Of a stretch of 64,000 nt of DNA, positions 27,355 through 39,094 are shown one piece after another. Under the pieces are notes generated by a model. It was not told the origin of the DNA and searched no databases. It was given only the letters and a program-made list of their open reading frames with translations. The position numbers and the translations under genes were made by a program. The DNA is from Macrostomum lignano (taxonomy: Eukaryota): NCBI GenBank assembly GCA_002269645.1, contig NIVC01000728.1, positions 186,001 through 250,000 on the forward strand, given 5' to 3'. Position 1 is the stretch's first letter. Each line of letters starts with the position of its first letter.

Positions 27355-28770
27355 CGACGCGTCGGCCGTTCAGGGACTAGCGGAATGGGCGCCCGCGCCT
27401 TCCCGCTGTGTCCCCTCCGGGACAGCCCTGCAGCTAAGTCAAGTAAGTCAAGTGGAATCTCGGCTTGGCTCTGCTCGTGCAATTAACGGCCTTGAGAGCC
27501 AACCCCCCAAGGCGCAGTGAAGTGTACATGCCTAACGATAATATAAAGTTAGGGCCGCTGTACACTCCTGTGTGAGTGTGTGCCTGCGTACGTATCCGCG
27601 CGCTTGTATGCCTGCTCAGGGGAGTCGGCGGAATGGGCAGTAATGCCTCTCGCCGGTTGTGTGCCTATGTCGCTTAAAGTGCACCAGGGTGTACACAACC
27701 CCCCTGCCTCTAATAAAAAAATCTATCTACCGTACTTTTCTTGCGAATTGAGCAGTTTTGTGCTTGTCCACACCATCAGGTGGAGGCCAAGTTTTATGGG
27801 TTCAGATGACTTTTACTCGGCTTTGCACGGAACTGATGCTTCGGCTGATGGCGCCTGAGAACTGCCAGGGACCATCAGTAGCCATCGATCGCTTTGTCAA
27901 CGCCTGGCTGAAAGATTTTTTCGATAAGAAAGACGCAGCAGCTTTTTCAGCTTTAATGCTAGCCATTTGCTAAAAAGTAAAGTGTAGCATTGTGTCCCCT
28001 GGAAGCTAGGAGCACACAGGAGAAAGACGTGACGCTAAGAGTCATCGATAGTAGTGCAAGACATTCTAGTGGCTGCAATTGCAGCGGACTTTGCTTTTAT
28101 TGTGTACTAGAAATACACCAGAGTGCTAACCGTTGGGAGGGTACGTCGTAACTTAAACACTGTTAGAGCAGTACATAAAATATTCAAAGTGCATTTCAAC
28201 GCGCAAAGAACGCGTCTAACAATGTCAGTAAATGTCTAACGGGGATAGGTAACTTGTAACTCTATAGAATCGTAAATAATAAATATGGCGGATAACATTG
28301 CTAATGAAAGTGAAATGTAATAGAGGTGAAAAAATCTAGCTCAATCAAACAACCCCCCAAATAGATAGATAGATATGATTAAAATACACTAATAGAAGTA
28401 GATAAAAAACGCATGACAATAAATGGTCGCATTTTATCAAGGCTTAGACGCCTAGACAGACCCATGAACTACCTTTCTGTGACTATTAGCTGACATGTGA
28501 TTTCAGTATAACTTACTAATTAGTAACTATCCCAATGTATATATATATATGCTAAAATATGATACGCTACAGAAAAAGTCGTTAATTTATCATCAATTAC
28601 CATGGCTCGCTTCCAGCCTACGAAGGCTGTTTCAGAGTATTGCTAATAGAGTTAAACTATTCGAAATCTCGAGAAAAATAAATTCCTTAAATCTACTAAC
28701 TGTTCGAGATGATTTTAAAACCCAGAGCGTCCACTTATACTCTAGAAACGTCACAGGTCGATGCTCAGAC

Positions 28771-31700
28771 TCAGCCATCTTCATCAACTACTTTCGAGCT
28801 TCCAGTCATCGGGTAGCTCTCCGATGCTTTGTGGTTGCCGTCTCCATCCTCGGCTTCGGACGCGTTGGCGTTGCTCTTGTTGCCATGGCGACGCTTAGAC
28901 CAAGCCCGGTGGATCAGGTCCAATGGGAAAGTGTCCATTGGTCCCAGGGACAGCCAATGGCGGATGGTGTAGCGAGTCACGTGACCGGAATCCACCAACC
29001 GGTGATCGCGGATCGGAGTGATGGCCTTCGCCAGACTCTGGTTGAAGTTTTTTACAATTGTTGAGTCAGAGGTGTGTCAGGGAATTCAATCTAATAGCCT
29101 GTTGCACCTTCATGTAACTAGGTGTCTGTGGCGCCAAACAGGGTGTCAGAATCACCGAAACAACTTGTGACAGAAGCATTTGACTGGCCGGATGTCATGA
29201 CACCAAAACTGGGGTGTCAGGTCAGCAAAACTGGGGTGTCAGGTCAGCAAAACTGGAGTAACAGGTCACCAAAACTGGGGTGTCATTTCAACAAAACTAG
29301 AATGACAGGACACCAAAACTGGAAATTTCAGGACACCAAAACTGGAAATGTCAGGACACCAAAACTGGAATGACAGGACACCAAAACTGGAATGACAGGA
29401 CACCAAAACTGGAATGACAGGACACCAAAACTGGAATGACAGGACACCAAAACTGGAAATGTCAGGACACCAAAACTGGAATGACAGGACACCAAAACTG
29501 GAATGACAGGACACCAAAACTGGAATGACAGGACACCAAAACTGGAATGACAGGACACCAAAACTGGAAATGTCAGGACACCAAAACTGGAATGTCAGGA
29601 CACCAAAACTGGAAATATCAGGACACCAAAACTGGAATGACAGGACACCAAAACTAGAATGACAGGACACCAAAACTGGAATGTCAGGACACCAAAACTA
29701 GAATGACAGGACACCAAAACTGGAATAACAGGACACCAAAACTGGAATGACAGGACACCAAAACTGGAAATGTCAGGACACCAAAACTGGAATGACAGGA
29801 CACCAAAACTGGAATGACAGGACACCAAAACTGGGATTTCACGTCACCAAAAATGGGATTTCACGTCACCAAAAATGGGATTTCACGTCACCAAAAATGG
29901 GATTTCAGGACACCAAAACTGGGATTTCACGTCACCAAAAATGGGATTTCACGTCACCAAAAATGGGATTTCAGGACACCAAAACTGGAATGTCAGGACA
30001 CCAAAACTGGAATGTCAGGACACCAAAACTGGGATGTCAGGACACCAAAACTGACTATCAGGGGCATAAAAGTTGGTGTCAGACGCATTAAACTGTGCGT
30101 CAGAGGTACCAAGTGTGGGGGTTGGCTATTATCTGCAGGAGAGGCTTACTTTGTAGGACACGATAGCGTACACAGCCAAGGCCGGAATCATGCCCAGCTG
30201 GATCGCGCAGATGCCCCAGCCGATCAGTTTGCCTCCGGTGGGATAAAAATAGAAATAATTATTACCCTCGGTGCGATTAGCGAACAGCTCGGGATGGTAC
30301 TCGGTGTACTTGTAAAAGTACAGAAAACTCGACGAATCCATCAGTATGACAATGTTGAACACAATGATCACCTGAAATTTAAATAATGCTTTTTCAAATA
30401 ACAACATGTTTTCTGCTTTTGTTTGCATAGTGCTTCTGAATTTTGTACTTTTCTTTTCGTCTTAATGATAGTTTTGCGTAAACATACAGTAAATACGCTC
30501 GTAGGACCCTGAATTAGTACTTTTGATATTTAGTTAAGACCTATTGTGTTGTCCCTCACTCTCCCTCATTGTCCCTCACTCTCCCTCATTGTCTCTCACT
30601 CTCCCTCATTGTCCCTCACTCTCCCTCATTGTCTCTCACTCTCCCTCATTGTCCCTCACTCTCCCTCATTGTCCCTCACTCTCCCTCATTGTCTCTCACT
30701 CTCCCTCATTGTCCCTCACTCTCCCTCATTGTCTCTCACTCTCCCTCATTGTCCCTCACTCTCCCTCATTGTCCCTCACTCTCCCTCATTGTCTCTCACT
30801 CTCCCTCATTGTCCCTCACTCTCCCTCATTGTCCCTCACTCTCCCTCATTGTCTCTCACTCTCCCTCATTGTCCCTCACTCTCCCTCATTGTCTCTCACT
30901 CTCCCTCATTGTCCCTCACTCTCCCTCATTGTCCCTCACTCTCCCTCATTGTCTCTCACTCTCCCTCATTGTCCCTCACTCTCCCTTATTGTCCCTCACT
31001 CTCCCTTATTGTCCCTCACTCTCCCTTATTGTCCCTCACTCTCCCTCATTGTCCCTCACTCTCCCTCATTGTCCCTCACTCTCCCTCATTGTCCCTCACT
31101 CTCCCTCATTGTCCCTCACTCTCCCTCATTGTCCCTCACTCTCCCTCATTGTCCCTCACTCTCCTTCATTGTCCCTCACTCTCCCTCATTGTCCCTCACT
31201 CTCTTCCATTCTCTTACTCTCTGTCAATCTCCCCCACTCTCCTGCACTCTCATCCACTCTGTCACTCTTCTCCACTCTCCCTCACCCTTACTAACTCTCC
31301 TTTACTCTCCTTCACACCCTCACTTTCTCAGTGACTCACCAGAATAAAAACAGGCGAGATAAACTTCCAACACAGGCGCCAAAATATTCCGGGCGAAAAT
31401 CCCAGATTATCCTTAATATCTTTGCAGAACTGATCCAAGCCTTCGGCAAGGTTAGGAAAAATAGAATAAATTAGCTTCGTAAAATCAATAATGCTTAGTA
31501 GAATTGCTAATAGCATAAAAATGATTAAAGCACACTTACCGTAGAACCAAGAGACTGCAATTGCCTGAGAAAAAGCCACAACAATAATGGACAAACCAGC
31601 CGAGAAATTGTTCAATAAATTCCAGATGTACATGCCTCCCTGCGGAATGATCGCGTGACTTATAACGCAAATAGGTGCCTACATGATTCAAGGCCATTTC

Positions 31701-34700
31701 TCAAGGTCACTTTTTTTACTAGACTCATCCAGGTTGTACATCTATTCTCAGGAGGGGCGGGGGCAACAAGCTGTGTATTCCTCAAGGTCACTTGTCGCTG
31801 ATTGGCTAGATTATGCTAAATAGCAGATTCCTATGCAGGAGACCAACAAACCGTGCATTCCTCAAGGTCACTTGTCGCCGATTGGCTAGAATATTCCAAA
31901 TAGCATATTTCTATGCAGGGGACCAACAAACCGTGTATTCCTCAAGGTCACTTGTCGCCGATTGGCTAGAATATTCCAAATAGCATATTTCTATGCAGGG
32001 GACCAACAAACCGTGTATTCCTCAAGGTCACTTGTCGCCGATTGGATGGAATAATCCAAATAACAGGTTCCATGCAGGGGTCCAACAAACCGTGGATTAC
32101 TTAAGGTCATTTGTCTCCTGTTTCTCAGGGTCACTTGTCGTTGATTGATTCAATTGACGTTATAAAATATTGAATATACTCCAGTCATCGCGAAAAAAAT
32201 TAACCGCAGCCGGAATAGCAACTTACCTGGGTGCACAAAAAGATTGACATGAAGAAGGCGAACACGATCACACAGACGGTGAAAATCTCGCGAACATTTT
32301 TGTAGCGACGCAGAGGCTTCTCAATGAGATCGCCGACGCCAGTCAGTAGGCACTCCATGCCGCCCATCTGGGGAGAATTATGAAATTAATCTTGATTACT
32401 TGGGCTTTCAGTATATTCAATATGACAAAAATGAATTCAAATTGTTTAAATATGCGTATGCATTGTTTATCTCTTCAACAGGCCAATACACAAGCCTTAC
32501 AGTGACTTTCTAAATGTCAATGCAATTCTCAATTTAAGGCATTTTTAAGGTCCTCGCCTTCTCTTTAAATTGAAAGAAATATTTGCTAAAAGCATTTCAT
32601 CCTAGTGTTGAATGTTAAAAGGTTTGCAAGCGAGTGTGATATTGGCCTAGAAGCTTGAAATCTTCCACCTGACATTGGCAATAGTGCTTCTGCGACCTCT
32701 CCTTATATCCTCCACTTTAACAGACTACAATAGGCTGATGAAGTTCATCTGTCTGCCAGAGATTCTTGAGCGCGCGGATCCTTACCGCACTATCCAGCCC
32801 CAGCGTGATGAGCAGGGAGAAGAACAGGATTGACCATAGAGGCGCCACTGGCAGGGTGCCAATCGCTATCGGATAGACCTGGAAGACCAGACCGGGTCCT
32901 GTGGAAAAAAGTACAAAACAATTTTTTTTAATAATTGACTTCTCGTTCTGCGTTATCGTGCGACTCACACTCAGCCCCAAAGACACAGAGAGTGTACATG
33001 CCTGACGATAGGAAAGTCAAAGGGCCGCTGTACACCCTGTGTGAGCGAGTGTATGAGTGCGTGCCTGCGTACAGCATTGGGGCACTTGTGTGTGCTCAGG
33101 AGCCAGCGGAACGGGCAGCATTGCCGTCAGAGCTGGCTGTGGGACGTCAGGTAGCCTGCAGCATTCAATTTTAAGACCCGAAGTACTGTGTCTTATTTCA
33201 AGGTCAAACGTCGTTGATTGGCTGTAACCTTTCTTATCATATACATATTTATCTTGATCTCAAGGTCACTGGTTCACTGATTGGTTCAAATCAATTCTGC
33301 CTTGGCTTTATTCCTAAAATAGCAATTCTCAAGTACGGTATGCCCCAGATTAGATACACGTAACATAATTTTAGCAAGTTAATTACCCTCAGCAGTGACC
33401 TGATCCACCGGTTTCCCAGTGATCTCGGACATGTATCCCAGGTAGGAGAACACAACAAAACCGGCTAGGAAGCTGGCAGCCGCATTGGCGGCCGCAGTGA
33501 TGAGGCAGTCTCGGTAGCAGTTGTTCTTCGGCCGGCTGTAGCTGGCGTAGGACAGGTGGACGCCAAAGCCGGCGCCTGTTGAGTAGAACACCTGGATTGC
33601 CGCCTCGATCCAAGGCTGTGTGAGGAATTTCTCACTGCTTCATTTTGTTTTTAGTGACATCTTAGTGACCAGATGGAGATCAATGTACAGTTTGAGAAAA
33701 GAGAATATGTGAAAAGGGTAGGGATGAGAGAGGGCAGAAAAGAAAGGTGAGAAGAGAGGGGAGAAGATAATAAAAAATTATTATAATTGATGCATCTTTC
33801 TAGGGTTTGGTGAATATTAATAGGGTTTGGTGAATCTTCTTAGGGTTTGGTGAATCTTTCTAGGGTTTGGTGAATATTTTTAGGGGTTGGTGAATCTTCT
33901 TAGGGTTTGGTGAATCTTTCTAGGGTTTTGTGAATCTTTCTAGGGTTTTGTGAATCTTCTTAGGGTTTGGTGAATCTTCTTAGGGTCGGTGAACCTTTGT
34001 TGGTTCGGTGAATCTTTTTAGTTTTCTTGAACCATTTAAGAAGTTGATGAATATCTTCGGGTTCGGGAATATTTTTAAACTTTGTGAATCTATGAGGCTT
34101 GAGAAGCATTTGAGGGTTGGTGGAGGATTCAAATTTAAAGTTTCAAGTCCTCAAGCAGCATCAATTCTTTAGTAAGTCCCCCAATGAACTCACATCGATA
34201 GAGTTCAACTTGGACAGGTCCGGGTTAATAAAGTACTTTATGCCCTTGCTGGCACCGGGCAGTCTGGCCCCATTGACGAGCAGGATGGACAACAGGATGT
34301 AAGGCATTGTGGCGGTGATGTACACCACTTTGCCGGAGGTCTTCACTCCCTTCCACAGGGAGAAGTACAAGCAGGTGAACACGATCATGCAGCAGATCAC
34401 CAGCAGCAGGCGCGGCTGGCCCAGGTTGCTCAGTCCGACGCTCTCGTGGATGGCGAGGACCCCGCGCCTGAGAAATCGAGATGCGAATTCCGGGAGGTTG
34501 AGAGCTGGTTGACAATATAATGTTGGTTATGAATGTACATTGCTGCAGGTCACTTGCACTAATAAGTTTGACCTGTTTAATATGAAAATCAAGAGGTGAC
34601 CCACTGAATGATCAGGAGGTGACCCACTGGATGATCAGGAGGTGACCCACTGGAGGATTAGGAGGTGACACACTGGATGATCAGGAGGTGACACACTGGA

Positions 34701-36310
34701 TGATCAGGAGGTGACACACTGGATTATCAGGAGGTGACACACTGGATGATCAGATGACCCACTAGAGGATCAGGTGACCCACTGGAGGATCAGGAGGTGA
34801 CCCATTGGATGATCAGATGACCCACTAGAGGATCAGGTGACCCACTGGAGGATCAGGTGACCCACTGGAGGATCAGGAGGTGACCCACTGGATGATCAGA
34901 TGACCCACTAGAGGATCAGGTGACCCACTGGAGGATCAGGTGACCCACTGGATGATCAGGTGACCCACTAGAGGATCAGGTGACCCACTGGAGGATCAGG
35001 TGACCCACTGGATAATCAGGTGACCCACTAGAGGATCAGGTGACCCACTAGAGGATCAGGTGACAGAGTCTGTTCAACAGCAAGACTGACAACTCACTCA
35101 AAGAATTCCTCAGATGCGAGAACGTACTTGGCGCTCCGATTCTGCATAGTAAGGTTCTTGTACTGCTCAACCGTGACGCACCACTCCGTATTAAATGCGT
35201 TGTCGCACTTCATCCAGGGCAGAGTGGTCGTTGAGAATGAGTTGAATAAGAACAAGAAGCACCAAGCTATGATGACGTTGTAGTAGAATGCAACCAGATA
35301 GGTCATGAGGTTCTGGGCCAGACCGATGCCCCTGGCCAGAGGGCAGATGTCCCACACTCGGATGGGGCCGTGCTGGTTCACCTGGCCCAGCACCAGCTCC
35401 ATGTAGAACAGGGGCACCGCCTGTGAATGGAGGGAGTGAGGCGAGTTGTTGATACAACGGTAGCTTCAAGTGGTCCATGAGTGAGGGTAGTGAAGGGAGC
35501 GAGGGTAGTGAAGGGAGTGAAAGAAGTGAAGGGAGTGAGGGTAGTGAAGGGAGCGAGGGTAGTGAAGGGAGTGAAAGAAGTGAAGGGAGTGAGGGTAGTG
35601 AAGGAAGTGAGGGGAGTGAAAGGAGTGAAGGGAATGAAGGGAGTGAGGGTAGTGAGGGAAGGGATTGTGAAGGGATTGAAGGGAGTGAAGGGAGTGGAAG
35701 GAGTGAAGGGATTGAGGGTAGTGAAGGAAGTGAAGGGAGTGGAGGGAGTGAAGGGAGTGAATGGAGTGAATGGAGTGGAAGGAGTGAAGGGACTGAAGGG
35801 AGTGAAGGGACTGAAGGGAGTGAAGGAGTGAAGGGAGTGAAGGGAGTGAAGTGAGTGTAGGGAGTGAAGGGAGAGGAAGGAGTGAATGCAGTGAAGGGAG
35901 TGAAGGGAGGGAAGGGAGTGAAGGGAGGGAAGGGAGTGAAGAGAGGGAAGGGAGTGAACAGATCAGTGCAAGATTCAAAGTCGAGCGGTTGCCACCTGAA
36001 AGATGTTCATGAGGAAGTAGGGCAGCAGGAAGGCCCCGCCGCCGTATTTATAGCACAGGTAGGGGAAGCGCCACACGTTTGCCAAATCCACGGCAAAGCC
36101 AATGATTGACAGGAGAAAGTCGATCTTCGTGCCCCAGCTTTCTCGCTCGTCAACGGCGACTTCGACTTCGAATTCGGGGTCGTCTTGGGCGACGTTCGAC
36201 GCAGTGGAATTGCCGCCAACGCCGCCACTCGACAAAGGGGCCAGGGGGGATCTCTCCTCGGCGGCCGGGGAGTCCGCCGATGCGGCCTCTGGCGAACTTT
36301 GATCGCTCAT
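28771..36310 (-). CDS. SLC6A2/3-like: SLC6 Na+/Cl- dependent monoamine transporter, dopamine/noradrenaline/octopamine type, 10 coding exons
   Basis: Exons 36310-35996, 35420-35098, 34467-34194, 33615-33387, 32898-32786, 32367-32227, 31639-31540, 31440-31340, 30371-30150, 29037-28771, phases compatible. Motifs [33 protein letters not shown] (TM1 Asp), [39 protein letters not shown]. Confidence 0.95.
29200..30056. repeat. 22-23-bp minisatellite (CAGGACACCAAAACTGGAATGA)
   Basis: Seen directly. Confidence 0.95.
30545..31200. repeat. 20-bp minisatellite (CACTCTCCCTCATTGTCCCT)
   Basis: Seen directly. Confidence 0.95.
31775..32150. repeat. 80-bp tandem repeat (~4.5 copies) carrying TCAAGGTCA and GATTGGCT
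   Basis: Units start at 31781, 31861, 31941, 32021 and 32101. Confidence 0.9.
32970..33130 (+). mobile_element. SINE A2 fragment
   Basis: AGTGTACATGCCTGACGATAGGAAAGTCAAAGGGCCGCTGTACAC...TCAGGAGCCAGCGGAACGGGC. Confidence 0.65.
33795..34030. repeat. 20-bp minisatellite (TAGGGTTTGGTGAATCTTCT)
   Basis: Seen directly. Confidence 0.9.
34595..35066. repeat. 20-23-bp minisatellite (GGTGACCCACTGGAGGATCA)
   Basis: Seen directly. Confidence 0.92.
35478..35958. repeat. 9-bp purine-rich repeat (GAAGGGAGT)
   Basis: Seen directly. Confidence 0.92.
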
Positions 36311-36329
36311 CTGTGCCTGGCGGGCGTTG

Positions 36330-36640
36330 AGTGTGCCATTTTTATTGGAAATGTGCCATTTTTATGGGAAATGCGCCATTTTTTATAGGAAATGTGCCAT
36401 TTTTTATTGGAAATGTGCCATTTTTATGGGAAATGCGCCATTTTTAATAGGAAATGTACCATTTTATGGGAAATTTGCAATTTTTATGGGAACTGTGCAA
36501 TTTTAATGGGAAATATGCCATATTTATGAGAAATGCGACAATTTTTAGGGGAAATGCGCTACTTCTAGACGAAATGCGCCATTTTTATAGGAAATGTGCC
36601 ACTTCAAAGGGAAATGTGCCATTTTATGGGAAATATTCCT
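36330..36640. repeat. ~22-bp degenerate minisatellite (GGAAATG[CT]GCCATTTTTAT)
   Basis: Seen directly, immediately upstream of the SLC6 start exon. Confidence 0.85.
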
Positions 36641-37069
36641 TTTTATATAGAAATTATTGATTTTTTCGGATGTCGCAGATAAGACCTGGTGCTTCAACTT
36701 GACATTACCCAAGCTGATAAACACGAGTCACATCATCTTAGTAGGCCAGAACACAGTGATTTAAAAATACTGCACTTACAGAATGCTTGAGAAGTTCCAA
36801 TACATTTTTTGTCGATCTGATTAAGTGTTGCACAATGGCAGTAGCAGACAACCAGTACACTATATATATAACTGACGAAAAATCTAGCACTGTTCTCAGG
36901 TCAAGTGGCTTTAACGCTAAGGTGCTGCTCTTTTGTCAGTTGTCTGAATGATTGATTGAATTATTAGACTTAAAAGTTGCAATTCTAATTGACAGCTGAG
37001 CAATTTTGAGCCGATTGCATTTTTAATTTAATGAATTCTGCATTGGGGAAAATTTTGGATCTGAAGTTG

Positions 37070-38340
37070 TGGGATTGTGAAGCTTGAGGATTGTGAAGCT
37101 TGAGGATTGTGAAGCTTGAGGATTGTGAATCTCGGGGATTGTGAATCTTGGTGATTGTGAATCTTGGTGATTGTGAATCTTAGAGATTGTGAATCTTAGA
37201 GATTGTAAATCTTGGTGATTGTGAATCTTGGTGATTGTGAATCTTGGTGATTGTGAATCTCGGGGATTGTGAATCTTGGGGATTGTGAAGCTTGAGGATT
37301 CTGAAGCTTGGGGATTCTGAATCTTGGGGATTGTGAAGCTTGGGGATTGTGAATCTTGGTGATTGTGAAGCTTGGGGATTGTGAATCTCGGGGATTGTGA
37401 ATCTTGGGGATTGTGAAGCTTGAGGATTCTGAAGCTTGGGGATTGTGAATCTTGGTGATTGTGAATCTTAGAGATTGTGAATCTTAGAGATTGTAAATCT
37501 TGGTGATTGTGAATCTTGGTGATTGTGAATCTTGGTGATTGTGAATCTTGCGGATTGTGAATCTTGCGGATTGTGAATCTTGAGGATTGTGAATCTTAGA
37601 GATTGTAAATCTTGGTGATTGTGAATCTTGAGGATTGTGAAGCTTGCGGATTGTGAAGCTTGAGGATTGTGAAGCTTGAGGATTGTGAAGCTTGAGGATT
37701 GTGAATCTTAGAGATTGTGAATCTTAGAGATTGTGAATCTTGGTGATTGTGAATCTTGGTGATTGTGAATCTCGGGGATTGTGAATCTTGGGGATTGTGA
37801 AGCTTGAGGATTCTGAAGCTTGGGGATTGTGAATCTTGGTGATTGTGAATCTTAGAGATTGTGAATCTTAGAGATTGTAAATCTTGGTGATTGTGAATCT
37901 TGTGATTGTGAATCTTGGTGATTGTGAATCTTGCGGATTGTGAATCTTGCGGATTGTGAATCTTGAGGATTGTGAATCTTAGAGATTGTAAATCTTGGTG
38001 ATTGTGAATCTTGAGGATTGTGAAGCTTGCGGATTGTGAAGCTTGAGGATTGTGAAGCTTGAGGATTGTGAAGCTTGAGGATTGTGAATCTTAGAGATTG
38101 TAAATCTTGGTGATTGTGAATCTTGGTGATTGTGAATCTTGGTGATTGTGAATCTCGGGGATTGTGAATCTTGGGGATTGTGAAGCTTGAGGATTCTGAA
38201 GCTTGGGGATTCTGAATCTTGGGGATTGTGAAGCTTGGGGATTGTGAATCTTGGTGATTGTGAAGCTTGGGGATTGTGAATCTTGGTGATTGTGAAGCTT
38301 GGGGATTGTGAAGCTTGGGGATTGTGAAGCTGGGGAATTG
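37070..38340. repeat. 16-bp satellite, left block (GATTGTGAATCTTGGT / GATTGTGAAGCTTGAG)
   Basis: Seen directly, with higher-order internal duplications. Confidence 0.95.
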
Positions 38341-39094
38341 TAAAAAGCACCCTAATATATCAAAGGTTATGTCTCATGGGTTTTAACTCACCAAAACTGG
38401 TAGCTATGAGCCCAAACCATTCGCACTTTGTCAAATTGTCTTAGTGCACTAACATGTTCTGCAGCTGGCTTCTTTCCAAGAAGCAGAAGACACACACTGC
38501 AGCACACAGAGAGCCAGCTGGTGTTTGACTATGCAATCGGTAGAGGGTGCAGATAAAAGCCAATGAAGGGACTCACCTGTGCTGCGTTCAACCGATTATT
38601 GTGAACAAAGGGGGCCAAGAGGCCACAAGCAGCTAACCAGAGACAATAAGAAATGAAAGTTGAACCAAGAAATACAAGAGCTGGCCTTAAATATTTGCTG
38701 TGAGGGTGAGAACTGGCTGCCCTCTGCCGCGCCAACGTCTCTCTCTGTCTGTCAGGCACTTCAGGCATCCAATGCAGGCATGAAAGCCTGACAGAGCTCT
38801 GCAGCCCTGAAGCACTCAATCATTTTTCTTGTAAAAAAACATCGGCTCTCTTTGGGCCCTCCTACTCTCGGGCGCCTCATTCTCATGGCGGAGGTGAAGC
38901 GAAATCCGAGATTGACAGGTCCATGAGGACCTGGTGGATTCGTTCGCTCTCTACTCCTCGATCTTGTCCACTTTCAGTCAGATGCAGGTTGTTACCTGCC
39001 TCAAATACGGATTCGAAAATTGATATCTTTTATGCAATCTTTTCACAGATACGTAAAAATTTCAATATCCGAAAATCTAGAAAAAAGTCTAGAT

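Larger units (their letters stand above)
21552..27452 (+). mobile_element. Full-length non-LTR retrotransposon, LOA/Lian-like (ORF1; ORF2 = APE-RT-RNase H-CCHC)
   Basis: 11-12-bp TSD TGGAATCTCGG(C) at 21540-21551 and 27453-27464. ~520-nt 5' UTR. 3' tail TAAGTCAAGTAAGTCAAGT. Clade call is inferred from PQGGVLTPTLWN plus RNase H. Confidence 0.92.
21444..27720 (+). mobile_element. SINE family A copy split by a LINE (halves 21444-21551 and 27453-27720)
   Basis: The two halves join into a complete family A sequence. Flanked by ATCTA(A)TCTACCG direct repeats (21431-21443, 27721-27732). Confidence 0.88.

Noticed and set aside
27370-27420. HDV-ribozyme-like GCGGAATGGG in the LINE 3' UTR and SINEs
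   Set aside because: No complementary P2 strand, P3/L3 or P1 could be found upstream. It is better explained as a conserved retroelement 3' motif.
31775-32150. CRISPR-like periodic repeats (also 12280-12606 and 41626-41870)
   Set aside because: Whole units repeat with no unique spacers, there are no cas genes, and the context is eukaryotic.
33795-34030. Interstitial telomere (TTAGGG-like)
   Set aside because: TAGGGTT is only part of a 20-bp unit and does not form a (TTAGGG)n array.
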